This document shows, piece by piece, positions 27,715 to 35,415 of a stretch of 35,415 nt of DNA. This stretch comes from a virus (taxonomy: Duplodnaviria > Caudoviricetes): the IMG/VR virus record IMGVR_UViG_3300001866_000285, positions 1-35,415 of that record. One strand, written 5' to 3'. Position 1 is the stretch's first letter. Each line of letters starts with the position of its first letter. The notes under the pieces are model-generated. The model saw only the letters and a program-made list of their open reading frames with translations, made no database searches and had not been told where the DNA came from. The position numbers and the translations under genes are program-made.

Positions 27715-28347
27715 CTATTTTTTTGTCTCTCCAAATAGATTGAAAACCTCCATAGGGTCTTTTATAAATTGTCCATAAGTCCGTTCTATCCAGGTTATAG
27801 CTTCATCCTTGCTCATCCGCCGGACATCTTTCCGGATTTCTCTGGCCGGCTTCCCATATCGCTTCATAGCCAAGAGTTCATAATACTTGTCCATCATCTG
27901 GGCGGCCTTCGGAACGTCATCCTCCACCATGCTTAAATAGGTCAGCTTAAGAGTCCCTCGAGCTGATAGAAGCGGCCCAGTGTCTTCGGTTCCATCCAGT
28001 AAATCATCCTGGCTATAAACAGACCGGACGCAGCCACCTTCTTTTTTCAGCCGGCGCATCATTACATTGGGACCGTCCATCTGGGCCTGATAGGATATGA
28101 AGCGTACATCCTTTTCGTAAGTAACTGAGATACCTTCATCTTTGAACAAGTCCATAATAGTCTTTACCCCGGCTGCTGCTAATGAAATGTCGGTTGCTTG
28201 CGGGTAAACAAAATTGATGCCTTGCCTGTAAACTACAACTGCATAACCGGAATAGGGATTATCCTCCTCGATCGGGAAAACGAATATGGTACCTCCTAAT
28301 TGCTTCCGAAGTTCATGGGCTCTGGTTTTGATCTGGTCTTCTGTCAC
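27715..28347 (-). CDS. Hypothetical 210-aa early protein
   Basis: Long ORF with AGGAGGGG RBS; no recognised motif. Confidence 0.75.
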   Translation of the reverse strand: MTEDQIKTRAHELRKQLGGTIFVFPIEEDNPYSGYAVVVYRQGINFVYPQATDISLAAAGVKTIMDLFKDEGISVTYEKDVRFISYQAQMDGPNVMMRRLKKEGGCVRSVYSQDDLLDGTEDTGPLLSARGTLKLTYLSMVEDDVPKAAQMMDKYYELLAMKRYGKPAREIRKDVRRMSKDEAITWIERTYGQFIKDPMEVFNLFGETKK

Positions 28348-28454
28348 GTTGTCTTTCCCCTCCTCTCTATTGGTTTCAGGTTAGGTGTGATTAAAATGAC
28401 CATACCTAGCCATTACATCGTTTGAATAAAACCGTGTCCGGTAGGTAACTTTTG

Positions 28455-29198
28455 CTATGCACCATGGGAAAGATCTCTCTTTAGGCGATCTAAAATATAG
28501 ATTTGGCCCTTTGGGGTTACCCTCGTAACCTTATACAACTTGGGGCCTTTTGTTGTTTCTGTAACCCCCTGGGTAATCTCGAAATAGCCTCGGTCAATAT
28601 ATTCCTGATAGGGTTCCCTTCCGTTGGGGAAAAGGAGATGCCAATCACGCAGCTTCTGATATAATCTCTTTTCTCCAATACTGATACCGTTCTTGGAAGC
28701 AACTTTCGCCAACTCACGGACAAGAATGCTGTCCTCGGAGGCAGCGCAAGTTTCAGCGAATGCGACCAGTGGCTTTTGTGCTTCCAGCCGTTCCGCTTGG
28801 TCAGCAGCCAGCCGCAATGCCTGGGCGAATGTTTGGGGAATAGCAGGAGTAGATGATAGGGCATTTTCCATCTGATCGAATCTCTTGGTATAAAATGCGG
28901 TGAATGCGGTGCCTTTGACTCCGGTAAGCTTATTGGCTATGAAGTCACAGCCGATCTTGGTTGCGTCATACTTGGGTCTTTCCTGACCGTTGCCGTCGCT
29001 GTATGACCCTTCAATGAAATAATCAGCCGGGCGCAATCTTGCGCTGGGGTCCTCAATACCCATATTGGCTTCGTTCATCTGTTCAATATAGGTCCTGATG
29101 TCTCTTAGTAGCTCTTTGTGCTGCTTCTTTACCATTTGGGCAACTTCCCTGCTGTCGATGGTTGGCGCGGAATTGTTAACGGGTATTAATTGATTCAC
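28455..29198 (-). CDS. Antirepressor: Rha N-terminal domain plus KilAC (ANT) C-terminal domain
   Basis: IDSREVAQM..HKELLRDI, GCDFIANKLTG.KG, PQTFAQALRLAAD, TRVTPKGQ; GTG 29198 follows AGGAGG. Confidence 0.9.
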   Translation of the reverse strand: MNQLIPVNNSAPTIDSREVAQMVKKQHKELLRDIRTYIEQMNEANMGIEDPSARLRPADYFIEGSYSDGNGQERPKYDATKIGCDFIANKLTGVKGTAFTAFYTKRFDQMENALSSTPAIPQTFAQALRLAADQAERLEAQKPLVAFAETCAASEDSILVRELAKVASKNGISIGEKRLYQKLRDWHLLFPNGREPYQEYIDRGYFEITQGVTETTKGPKLYKVTRVTPKGQIYILDRLKRDLSHGA

Positions 29199-29269
29199 AG
29201 GCTGTCCTCCTCTCATAATAAGGTCAGATTTCGAGATCACTCTGAGTGATCACAATGGGTATATGCGTT

Positions 29270-29551
29270 TTACATACTCCCTTCTATTGGTTTCATCCTG
29301 GCCAGTAATCCGGCATAGGCCGGCCACCCATCTAATGTCTTCTTCTCCAGGTCCGCCCTGGTCAAATGCTGAAAGTGGTCACCATTCTCGGCCTCCAGAT
29401 AATGATCTTCGGTCACCGGCACCAGGTCCTCGTTTTCAAGCTCCAGGTAAGCCTGTCCATCCTCGATCACCAGGTAGCCATAGGTCCAGCCGTCCAGCAG
29501 TGCATCAATTCGATTGATCGTTTGTTGTAAGCTATTGGCTAAAAGAAACAT
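29270..29551 (-). CDS. Hypothetical 93-aa acidic protein
   Basis: GGGAGG RBS, operonic. Confidence 0.7.
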   Translation of the reverse strand: MFLLANSLQQTINRIDALLDGWTYGYLVIEDGQAYLELENEDLVPVTEDHYLEAENGDHFQHLTRADLEKKTLDGWPAYAGLLARMKPIEGSM

Positions 29552-29566
29552 ATGGTGCCTCCCTTT

Positions 29567-29791
29567 TTACTTGATCTGCCGAAGCTTCCCATACTGGTTC
29601 TCTTCCGGCTTCTGGACACTGGCATCCTCCCGATCCTCAAACCATTTGTCCAGACCCTCCTGGCTGAAAAGCACCCTGCGGCCAACTCGGACACAGGGTA
29701 TTAGGTTTTTTTTGGCTTTTTCAAGCAGGGTCCAGTAAGAGATATGTAAGTATTCTGCGGCTTCCTGGGCTTCCAACATATGACGTGGCAT
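29567..29791 (-). CDS. Excisionase-like HTH protein
   Basis: EAAEYLHIS..TL, IPCVRVGRRVLF, LDKW. Confidence 0.88.
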   Translation of the reverse strand: MPRHMLEAQEAAEYLHISYWTLLEKAKKNLIPCVRVGRRVLFSQEGLDKWFEDREDASVQKPEENQYGKLRQIK

Positions 29792-29891
29792 ATAATCACC
29801 TGCCTTTCAAACCTTTTCAGCCCTTGATTCGGGCAACGGTAGCATATAAATAAGTCCTCCCCGGGTAAACAATCCTTGATGATAGTTCTGT

Positions 29892-30137
29892 TTAAATTGC
29901 ATTTTTCTCCGATATATCCCCAAAAATATCTATCATGGGTACTCCGAACGCAATTGCAATACAACGTCGATTGTTAAATCGCGGGTATTTTTTGCCAGAT
30001 TCCCAAATCCAGTAGTTCTTTTTGGTTGTTCCACACTCGTTTGCGGCTTTTTCCTGTGACCAACCTTTGGCCAATCGTAAAATAGCTATTTTCTTGTTCC
30101 AAGGCATGTCCTGTACAAAGGTTTGAATTGTATTCAT
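29892..30137 (-). CDS. Cro-like XRE-family HTH regulator
   Basis: LRLAKGWSQEKAANECGT...WESGK.YP; divergent from repressor; ATG 30137 follows GAGGTG. Confidence 0.88.
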   Translation of the reverse strand: MNTIQTFVQDMPWNKKIAILRLAKGWSQEKAANECGTTKKNYWIWESGKKYPRFNNRRCIAIAFGVPMIDIFGDISEKNAI

Positions 30138-30169
30138 ATCATTCACCTCGCATAAAATGTATCTTTGTG

Positions 30170-30321
30170 GCGTCATTTTTATTAATATATCACCAATGAC
30201 GCATTTAGTATATTCCACAATACCGCCTAATGGCGTCATTTAGCCTAAATATATACAACGTGCGTCAATTATCGCTCTTTGTCTTCAAATGCTTGATTTA
30301 GTGACGCCATGGGCGTATAAT
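30170..30321. promoter_or_regulatory. Immunity switch: repeated operator half-sites and repressor promoter
   Basis: GCGTCA/TGACGC at 30170, 30197, 30233, 30262, 30302; TTGATT(30293)-17-TATAAT(30316) with palindrome ACGCC-ATG-GGCGT across the spacer. Confidence 0.7.
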
Positions 30322-30345
30322 TACCACACAGGGGGTTAAGTAAAA

Positions 30346-31611
30346 ATGGTGATTTCGAAGGAAAACCTTGGGGAACGAATTAAAAAAGAGCGAAGAGAAA
30401 AGTCAAATAGACTTGGCAGTAAAATCACTCAAGAGATCATGGCTAATGACATGAATGTCTCCCGAAGTTTCTTGGGAGATATTGAAAGAGGCCGGAAGTT
30501 TCCAAATTACGATTTGTTAGGCAAGATAGCCGAATATTTCGGTGTAACAATTGATTATTTATTGGGCAAATCACCCTTTAAAACGCAGCAAGAAGCAGAA
30601 TATTCAATTATTGTTGTTGCCATGAAAGTTGCATTTAACGAAGGTGTCTTTAAAAGTCAAGGTCAACCCCATCTTTGGGAGCGAATATTTAGCTATATTG
30701 ACATGATTTCTCTTGCGTATACCGAAGAAACAATACAATACATCGGTAGCTTGCTTGATAAAAAAGATCTGAGCAATATCGAGTATTTCGATTTATACAA
30801 ATTTTTAGTGAAAGATATTCATTGGCCTGAGGATTTTAATGGCCCGATAGTCATTAACGTATTAGGGGTAAAAATAACTGCTTATGTTGATTATTGGGCG
30901 ATTCCTAAAATAGACATAGATGAATCCCAAAGCCGTCTAAATGGAGTATATATACCGGGAGTTAAAAGTTTTGATGAGCGCACCGGAAACTACAAAAAAA
31001 CATTCATTCCGGATTCTATTGAACAAAAATCAAGTATTAGATTTAAGGCCAAGCCATCTAGAAAAAGAAATCTCAATACTCGAATTCCTGTACTGGGGGA
31101 AATTCAAGATCTTAACGTAATCAAGTCAGAAAACAATATTGACGTTCATTTGGATTTAACCGAGGAATTTGAAGAAACCTTTATGATTGTCGTTGATGAT
31201 GATAGCATGGCTGAGTTTGGAATATATCAAGATGATTTGATTGTTTGTCAGGAAGACGATAAAGCTGACCCAGGAGATATAGCAGTTATTCTAAATGATT
31301 TCAAGCCAAGCTTAATGAAAGCAGTTTTAAGAATATATGCAGAAGCAAATGGTGCAGGTGTATTTCAATCTCCAAACCCGAACTATGGAGACATAGTAGC
31401 CGATGCTCGCCATAGAATTGTGGGTTATCCTGTAGCATTAATAAGGGATTTGCAAAATAGTAGAGAAGCAGGAACATCATACGCAATACCTCATGGTCCG
31501 TGGTTCGAAATAATGGAGTTGGCACAAAATTATGGTTTAACCCCTAAGCAGGCATACGACATTATAAAAACCCATATAACTCTTAGCAAACGACTTAAAG
31601 GGGATTTGTGA
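30346..31611 (+). CDS. CI-like repressor: XRE HTH, long central insert, degenerate S24 (LexA-like) domain
   Basis: TQEIMA..SRSFLGDIERG..P, FGVTIDYLLG; IPVLG, DDSM, PGDIAV, SPNPNY, IVG. Confidence 0.85.
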   Translation: MVISKENLGERIKKERREKSNRLGSKITQEIMANDMNVSRSFLGDIERGRKFPNYDLLGKIAEYFGVTIDYLLGKSPFKTQQEAEYSIIVVAMKVAFNEGVFKSQGQPHLWERIFSYIDMISLAYTEETIQYIGSLLDKKDLSNIEYFDLYKFLVKDIHWPEDFNGPIVINVLGVKITAYVDYWAIPKIDIDESQSRLNGVYIPGVKSFDERTGNYKKTFIPDSIEQKSSIRFKAKPSRKRNLNTRIPVLGEIQDLNVIKSENNIDVHLDLTEEFEETFMIVVDDDSMAEFGIYQDDLIVCQEDDKADPGDIAVILNDFKPSLMKAVLRIYAEANGAGVFQSPNPNYGDIVADARHRIVGYPVALIRDLQNSREAGTSYAIPHGPWFEIMELAQNYGLTPKQAYDIIKTHITLSKRLKGDL

Positions 31612-31763
31612 TGTCTGGAAAGATCCTTGTAAAAAAGAAATATATGAAATACCGATAAAATAGGTCAGTTATAGGAGGCTTTTCTTTTTCGAAAACGAAA
31701 GCCAAATGTACAAAAAAGCAAAAAAATACACAAAAAAGGACATAATTTCACCCATTTTGAAGG

Positions 31764-31792
31764 TTGCATAAAAGCAAGGCGGGGCATAATAT
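31764..31792 (+). promoter_or_regulatory. Sigma-A promoter for NYN-integrase transcript
   Basis: TTGCAT-17 nt-TAATAT. Confidence 0.6.
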
Positions 31793-31796
31793 AGTA

Positions 31797-31877
31797 GTAC
31801 AATTAAATATTGTACAGCTAATATGCCCGTGCAAGTAACTCTCCCGGCATAAGGGAAGTGGTGAACCCGCGGGCTTT
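31797..31877 (+). ncRNA. Putative structured leader RNA upstream of NYN gene
   Basis: GTACAAT/ATTGTAC inverted repeat, then GCCCGTG/CGCGGGC outer stem enclosing ACTCTCCC/GGGAAGT inner stem. Confidence 0.45.
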
Positions 31878-31898
31878 GATTTGGGGAGGGGTAACTGG

Positions 31899-32612
31899 AT
31901 GCAGAAGACGGCCATTATGGTTGATGGAGGCTTTTACCGAAGGCGAGCTCAGACGCTTATGGGGGACAAAACGGCCGAGGACCGGGCCAAGGAACTCATG
32001 GAATACTGCCATCGGCACCTGCGGGAAAAAAATTCAGGTATTAGAAATGACCTTTACAGGATTTTTTATTACGATTGCCCCCCCATGAGCAAACGTGTTT
32101 TTCATCCGTTATTACAGAAGACCGTTGATTTTTCAAAAAGTGATTTGTATACATGGATGACAGCGTTTCTTACAGAGTTAAAAAAACAACGCAAAGTTGC
32201 TTTACGTCTTGGTATGTTAGCAGATTCTCAGGCTCATTATAACCTCAATCCAGAAACCTTAAAAAGGCTATATAATGGCAAAATCGCATTTACTGATTTA
32301 ACAGAACAGGATTTTCAGATTAATGTCTCACAGAAAGGCGTTGATATGAAAATTGGTCTTGATATAGCTTCTCTGGCATATAAAAAACAGGTTAATCAGA
32401 TTATATTAATATCGGCTGATAGCGATTTTGTTCCAGCAGCAAAACTTGCCAGACGCGAGGGTATTGATTTTATTTTAGATCCGATGTGGGCATCGATAAA
32501 TCCTGATTTGCACGAGCACATTGATGGCTTACGTTCGTGTACACCGAGGCCCAGACCTCATACCCCGATTGTTTCTCCCGCCATTGAAGAAGTTGCTGAT
32601 ATAAAAGAATAA
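31899..32612 (+). CDS. NYN domain (LabA/DUF88, PIN-like) putative ribonuclease
   Basis: MVDGGF, YYD, QKGVDMKIGLD, SADSDFVPA acidic motifs intact; ATG 31899 follows GGGGAGGGG. Confidence 0.9.
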   Translation: MQKTAIMVDGGFYRRRAQTLMGDKTAEDRAKELMEYCHRHLREKNSGIRNDLYRIFYYDCPPMSKRVFHPLLQKTVDFSKSDLYTWMTAFLTELKKQRKVALRLGMLADSQAHYNLNPETLKRLYNGKIAFTDLTEQDFQINVSQKGVDMKIGLDIASLAYKKQVNQIILISADSDFVPAAKLARREGIDFILDPMWASINPDLHEHIDGLRSCTPRPRPHTPIVSPAIEEVADIKE

Positions 32613-32629
32613 CTAGGAGGTGAATATTA

Positions 32630-33880
32630 TTGACAGAAGACAAAAAACTCCGAAGCTCAGTGGGATATTACAGGAAAAGGGGTGAGAATTCTTACGAATT
32701 AGACTACCGGCGGAATAGGACAACTGTTAAGGCTAAAAATGATACTGAGGCTGCACGCTTACTCGCTAAGTTTATTGCCGATGTAGATGCTGGTCGATTT
32801 AAAAAGCCCAGCAAAATGACGGTCAAAGAATTTTCCGAGCGTTTTCTCCGGGACAACCCCGATTTATCAGCTACAACAAAGCACAACTATGAATATTACT
32901 TGAATCAGCGCATACTGCCGGCTCTCGGGGCAAAGAAAATCGACAAGGTCAAGCCAACCGACTTATTAGACTTCTACGCAAATCTCAAAGAAGACGGCAT
33001 TAGGGATGACGGTAAGCCTGGTGGCCTGAGTCCGGCTACGATCCAGAAGCACCACCATATCCTATCATCAATGTTTGCCTTTGCCGTGGAGCTAAATGAA
33101 CTTGACGAAAACCCATGCAACAGGGTAAAGCCTCCGAAGATCCCCAAACGCAAGAAGGCCAGTATCGATAGGGAACCAGCCAAGGATATGCTCAGGGCAC
33201 TGGGAAAGGAATCTCTCAAGTATAGGTGCATTGCACTTATCGGGGCCTGTACTGGCATGCGCCGCGGAGAAATCCTTGGTCTAGGTGACAACACCTTGGA
33301 TTTGGAGAATTGCATTATTCGGATCGAACGTGCCTCCACCCATATTTCAGGTAAAGGCATCTTCTTGGATGATCCCAAAACCGAAACTAGTATTAGAAAC
33401 ATTCCATTCCCTAAAGCCATAGTCCCTTTACTTGAAAAAATGATAGCAGAAAGAAATAAGCAGCGAGAGAAATGCGGCGATAAGTGGCAATCTCAAATAG
33501 AGGTCCATGGACAACTAATTGATAATGACCTCTTGTTTACCCAATGGAACGGGAAACCAATGCACCCTAATTCGGTTGACACTTGGTTCCGGAAGTTTAA
33601 GGAAGACAATAACCTCCCGGAAAACCTTAAATTCCATGGATTAAGGCATACCAATATAACCTTACTCCTGAAAGCAGGTGTTGATGTAGGTACCGCTGCC
33701 GACATGGCTGGTCATGCAAAGAAGTCAACGACCCTGGCATACGATGATCCAGATGCTGAAGCACTTCGCAATGTTGCCGACAAAATAAACGATGCCCTGT
33801 CATTAGAGAGCATCGTTCCCAACTTACTGAACCATCCTGTTAACATTAAACGGAAGGGGAAAAAGGCAGCCAGCAAATAA
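32630..33880 (+). CDS. int: Tyrosine integrase
   Basis: TGMRRGEI, PKT, FHGLRHT, AGH, TTLAY; GGAGG RBS before TTG. Confidence 0.95.
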   Translation: MTEDKKLRSSVGYYRKRGENSYELDYRRNRTTVKAKNDTEAARLLAKFIADVDAGRFKKPSKMTVKEFSERFLRDNPDLSATTKHNYEYYLNQRILPALGAKKIDKVKPTDLLDFYANLKEDGIRDDGKPGGLSPATIQKHHHILSSMFAFAVELNELDENPCNRVKPPKIPKRKKASIDREPAKDMLRALGKESLKYRCIALIGACTGMRRGEILGLGDNTLDLENCIIRIERASTHISGKGIFLDDPKTETSIRNIPFPKAIVPLLEKMIAERNKQREKCGDKWQSQIEVHGQLIDNDLLFTQWNGKPMHPNSVDTWFRKFKEDNNLPENLKFHGLRHTNITLLLKAGVDVGTAADMAGHAKKSTTLAYDDPDAEALRNVADKINDALSLESIVPNLLNHPVNIKRKGKKAASK

Positions 33881-33929
33881 CATTCCAACTTGGTTCTAAT
33901 GGTATTGAATAGGGTAACCTTTTGCCCTC

Positions 33930-33952
33930 TTTGTCGGCAATTTTGTCGGCAA
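33930..33952. repeat. Tandem 11-bp direct repeat, putative integrase arm-type sites
   Basis: TTTGTCGGCAA at 33930 and 33942; inverted copy at 33774-33784. Confidence 0.65.
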
Positions 33953-33975
33953 AGACAATTTTGAGTGATTTTCAT

Positions 33976-34006
33976 AAAAATACCGGGGTCCTCAAACCCC
34001 GGTATT
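33976..34006 (-). terminator. Terminator downstream of tRNA-Val
   Basis: AATACCGGGGT / ACCCCGGTATT 11-bp stem with T run on minus strand. Confidence 0.75.
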
Positions 34007-34018
34007 ACTTGTTTTCAA

Positions 34019-34093
34019 TGGTGGGCGCGGAGGGTTTCGAACCCACGACTTCTACCGTGTGAAGGTAGCACTCTCCCGCTGAGTTACGCGCCC
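34019..34093 (-). tRNA. tRNA-Val (anticodon CAC), prophage attachment site
   Basis: Cloverleaf: GGGCGCG/CGCGCCC acceptor, ACTC/GAGT D stem, CTACC-TTCACAC-GGTAG, TTCGAAA T loop, encoded CCA. Confidence 0.96.
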
Positions 34094-34104
34094 GAATTAT
34101 TGGT

Positions 34105-34133
34105 ATTATATATCATGCAATCAGTGTTTTCAA
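34105..34133 (-). promoter_or_regulatory. Sigma-A promoter of tRNA-Val
   Basis: TTGAAA-17 nt-TATAAT, 11 nt upstream of tRNA. Confidence 0.8.
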
Positions 34134-34134
34134 A

Positions 34135-35415
34135 TCAGTCGAACAACTGCCCGGAAACGATGGTCTGGGAACGGCGGGGACCTACGGCCACTATGGACTG
34201 TTTTACCCCGGCGAGTTCCTCGATCTTCGCGATATAGTTGCGGGCCTCCAGCGGCAGGTCACCCCATTCGGTAACATCGGAAAGGTCCTTCTGCCAGCCC
34301 GGCAACTCGATGTACTGTGGTTCGCACTTGGCCAGTACCCCGATATTTTCCGGGAATTCAGTGATTATCCGACCCTCGTAACGATAGCCCACGCAAATCT
34401 TAAGTACCGGGAATTCATCCAGCACATCCAGTTTAGTCACCGCCAGGTCAGTCATTCCGTTGACCCGGGTGGCATAGCGCAGGATTACCGCATCCAGCCA
34501 TCCACAGCGGCGGGGACGTCCGGTGGTGGTGCCGAATTCGCAGCCGCGCTGGCGCAGCTTTTCCCCCAGTTCATCGGTTAGTTCGGTGGGGAAGGGTCCT
34601 TCGCCCACCCGGGTAGTATAGGCCTTGGCTATGCCCAGCACCTTGTTAATACAGGTCGGGCCGATTCCCACACCCACGCAGGCTCCGCCGGCGATGGGAT
34701 GAGAAGAAGTCACATAGGGATAAGTGCCGTGATCAATGTCCAGGAGGGTTCCCTGCGCACCTTCAAACAGCACTTTCTTTCCTGCTTTAATCTGGTTGTA
34801 AACCAGATAGGAGGTATCATCCAAATAGGGTTTTAAGACCTCCACCTGGCTGAATAATTCGTCCATCAGTTCCTGGCAATCGAAGCCTTCTTCACCGTAT
34901 ATCTCGCGAATTATACGATTCTTGTATTCCACCTGCGCACAAAACCGAGCTTTAAAATAATCCCTTTCGTGCACCAGATCAGAGATCCTGAAGCCGATCC
35001 GATTGATCTTGTCAGCATAGGTGGGACCGATCCCGCGCTTGGTGGTACCGATTCCATTGCTGCGATCTTCCAGCTCATCGATCTTTTTGTGGTAAGGCAT
35101 TACCAGCGGCGCCCGCAGGCTGATCCTGAGGTTGCTGGTATCTATTCCCCGCTGTTGCAGGCCTTCCAGTTCCTTGATCAGGTTGCCCATGTCCAGGGCT
35201 ACACCGTTGCCAACTACACAAAGGGTCTGGGGGTAGAGTATTCCTGACGGCACCAGATGAAGCATGAACTTCTCGTCCTGGACTTCCACGGTATGTCCGG
35301 CATTGCTTCCTCCCTGATATCTGACTACGCAATCTGCCCGCTTGGCGAGAAAATCAGTAATCTTGCCCTTACCTTCGTCTCCCCACTGGGTTCCAATCAA
35401 TACTACCGCTGACAC
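34135..35415 (-). CDS. purA: Adenylosuccinate synthetase (host)
   Basis: QWGDEGKGK, GGSNAGHT, GTTKRGIGP, EGAQG, GTTTGRPRRCGW. Confidence 0.98.
   Translation of the reverse strand: MSAVVLIGTQWGDEGKGKITDFLAKRADCVVRYQGGSNAGHTVEVQDEKFMLHLVPSGILYPQTLCVVGNGVALDMGNLIKELEGLQQRGIDTSNLRISLRAPLVMPYHKKIDELEDRSNGIGTTKRGIGPTYADKINRIGFRISDLVHERDYFKARFCAQVEYKNRIIREIYGEEGFDCQELMDELFSQVEVLKPYLDDTSYLVYNQIKAGKKVLFEGAQGTLLDIDHGTYPYVTSSHPIAGGACVGVGIGPTCINKVLGIAKAYTTRVGEGPFPTELTDELGEKLRQRGCEFGTTTGRPRRCGWLDAVILRYATRVNGMTDLAVTKLDVLDEFPVLKICVGYRYEGRIITEFPENIGVLAKCEPQYIELPGWQKDLSDVTEWGDLPLEARNYIAKIEELAGVKQSIVAVGPRRSQTIVSGQLFD

Larger units (their letters stand above)
1..34018. mobile_element. Prophage (siphovirus-like, HK97 capsid, probable cos packaging) integrated at tRNA-Val(CAC); left boundary not seen in window
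   Basis: Complete modular order integrase-immunity-replication-packaging-head-tail-lysis; integrase ends about 140 bp from the 3' end of a tRNA gene; no second copy of the tRNA 3' end seen by eye, so membership of 1-2340 in the prophage is inferred. Confidence 0.93.

Noticed and set aside
29806-29901. Short minus-strand ORF between cro and excisionase (12-31 aa, GGGGAGG upstream of the inner ATG)
   Set aside because: Too short and featureless to support without expression data
31818-32088. Small overlapping ORFs as a protein antitoxin for the NYN gene
   Set aside because: They overlap the NYN coding region or are antisense, with no convincing RBS or motif
33965-34237. 90-aa plus-strand ORF
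   Set aside because: Antisense translation of the tRNA gene and purA end

Overview
Almost the whole window (about 1-34018) is a temperate siphovirus-type prophage of a Firmicute (probably Clostridia; inference), inserted at the 3' end of a tRNA-Val(CAC) gene (34019-34093, minus strand) next to host purA. From right to left it carries a tyrosine integrase, a NYN/DUF88 nuclease gene with a structured leader, a long CI-like repressor with a degenerate S24 domain, and a divergent lytic operon (Cro, excisionase, Rha-KilAC antirepressor, three tandem paralogous helical proteins, ImmA-like protease, initiator with internal iterons, DnaB helicase, ArpU-like late activator). Next come HNH/cos/TerS/TerL/portal/protease/HK97 capsid, neck and tail genes (with a -1 frameshifted tail chaperone), holin and amidase endolysin. 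The second att copy was not found, so the prophage probably continues left of base 1. The most interesting parts are AT-rich accessory cassettes: (i) an SF2 helicase translationally coupled to an unknown 143-aa protein, whose RBS can be hidden in a 14-bp hairpin (candidate anti-phage system); (ii) the NYN nuclease with its hairpin leader (candidate RNA-controlled toxin or autoregulated RNase); (iii) an unannotated 16-aa hydrophobic peptide with a sequestered RBS, antisense to the late operon (type I toxin-like); (iv) a membrane protein convergent with a 64-aa disordered peptide. Family names were assigned by eye from motifs and synteny, not from database searches.
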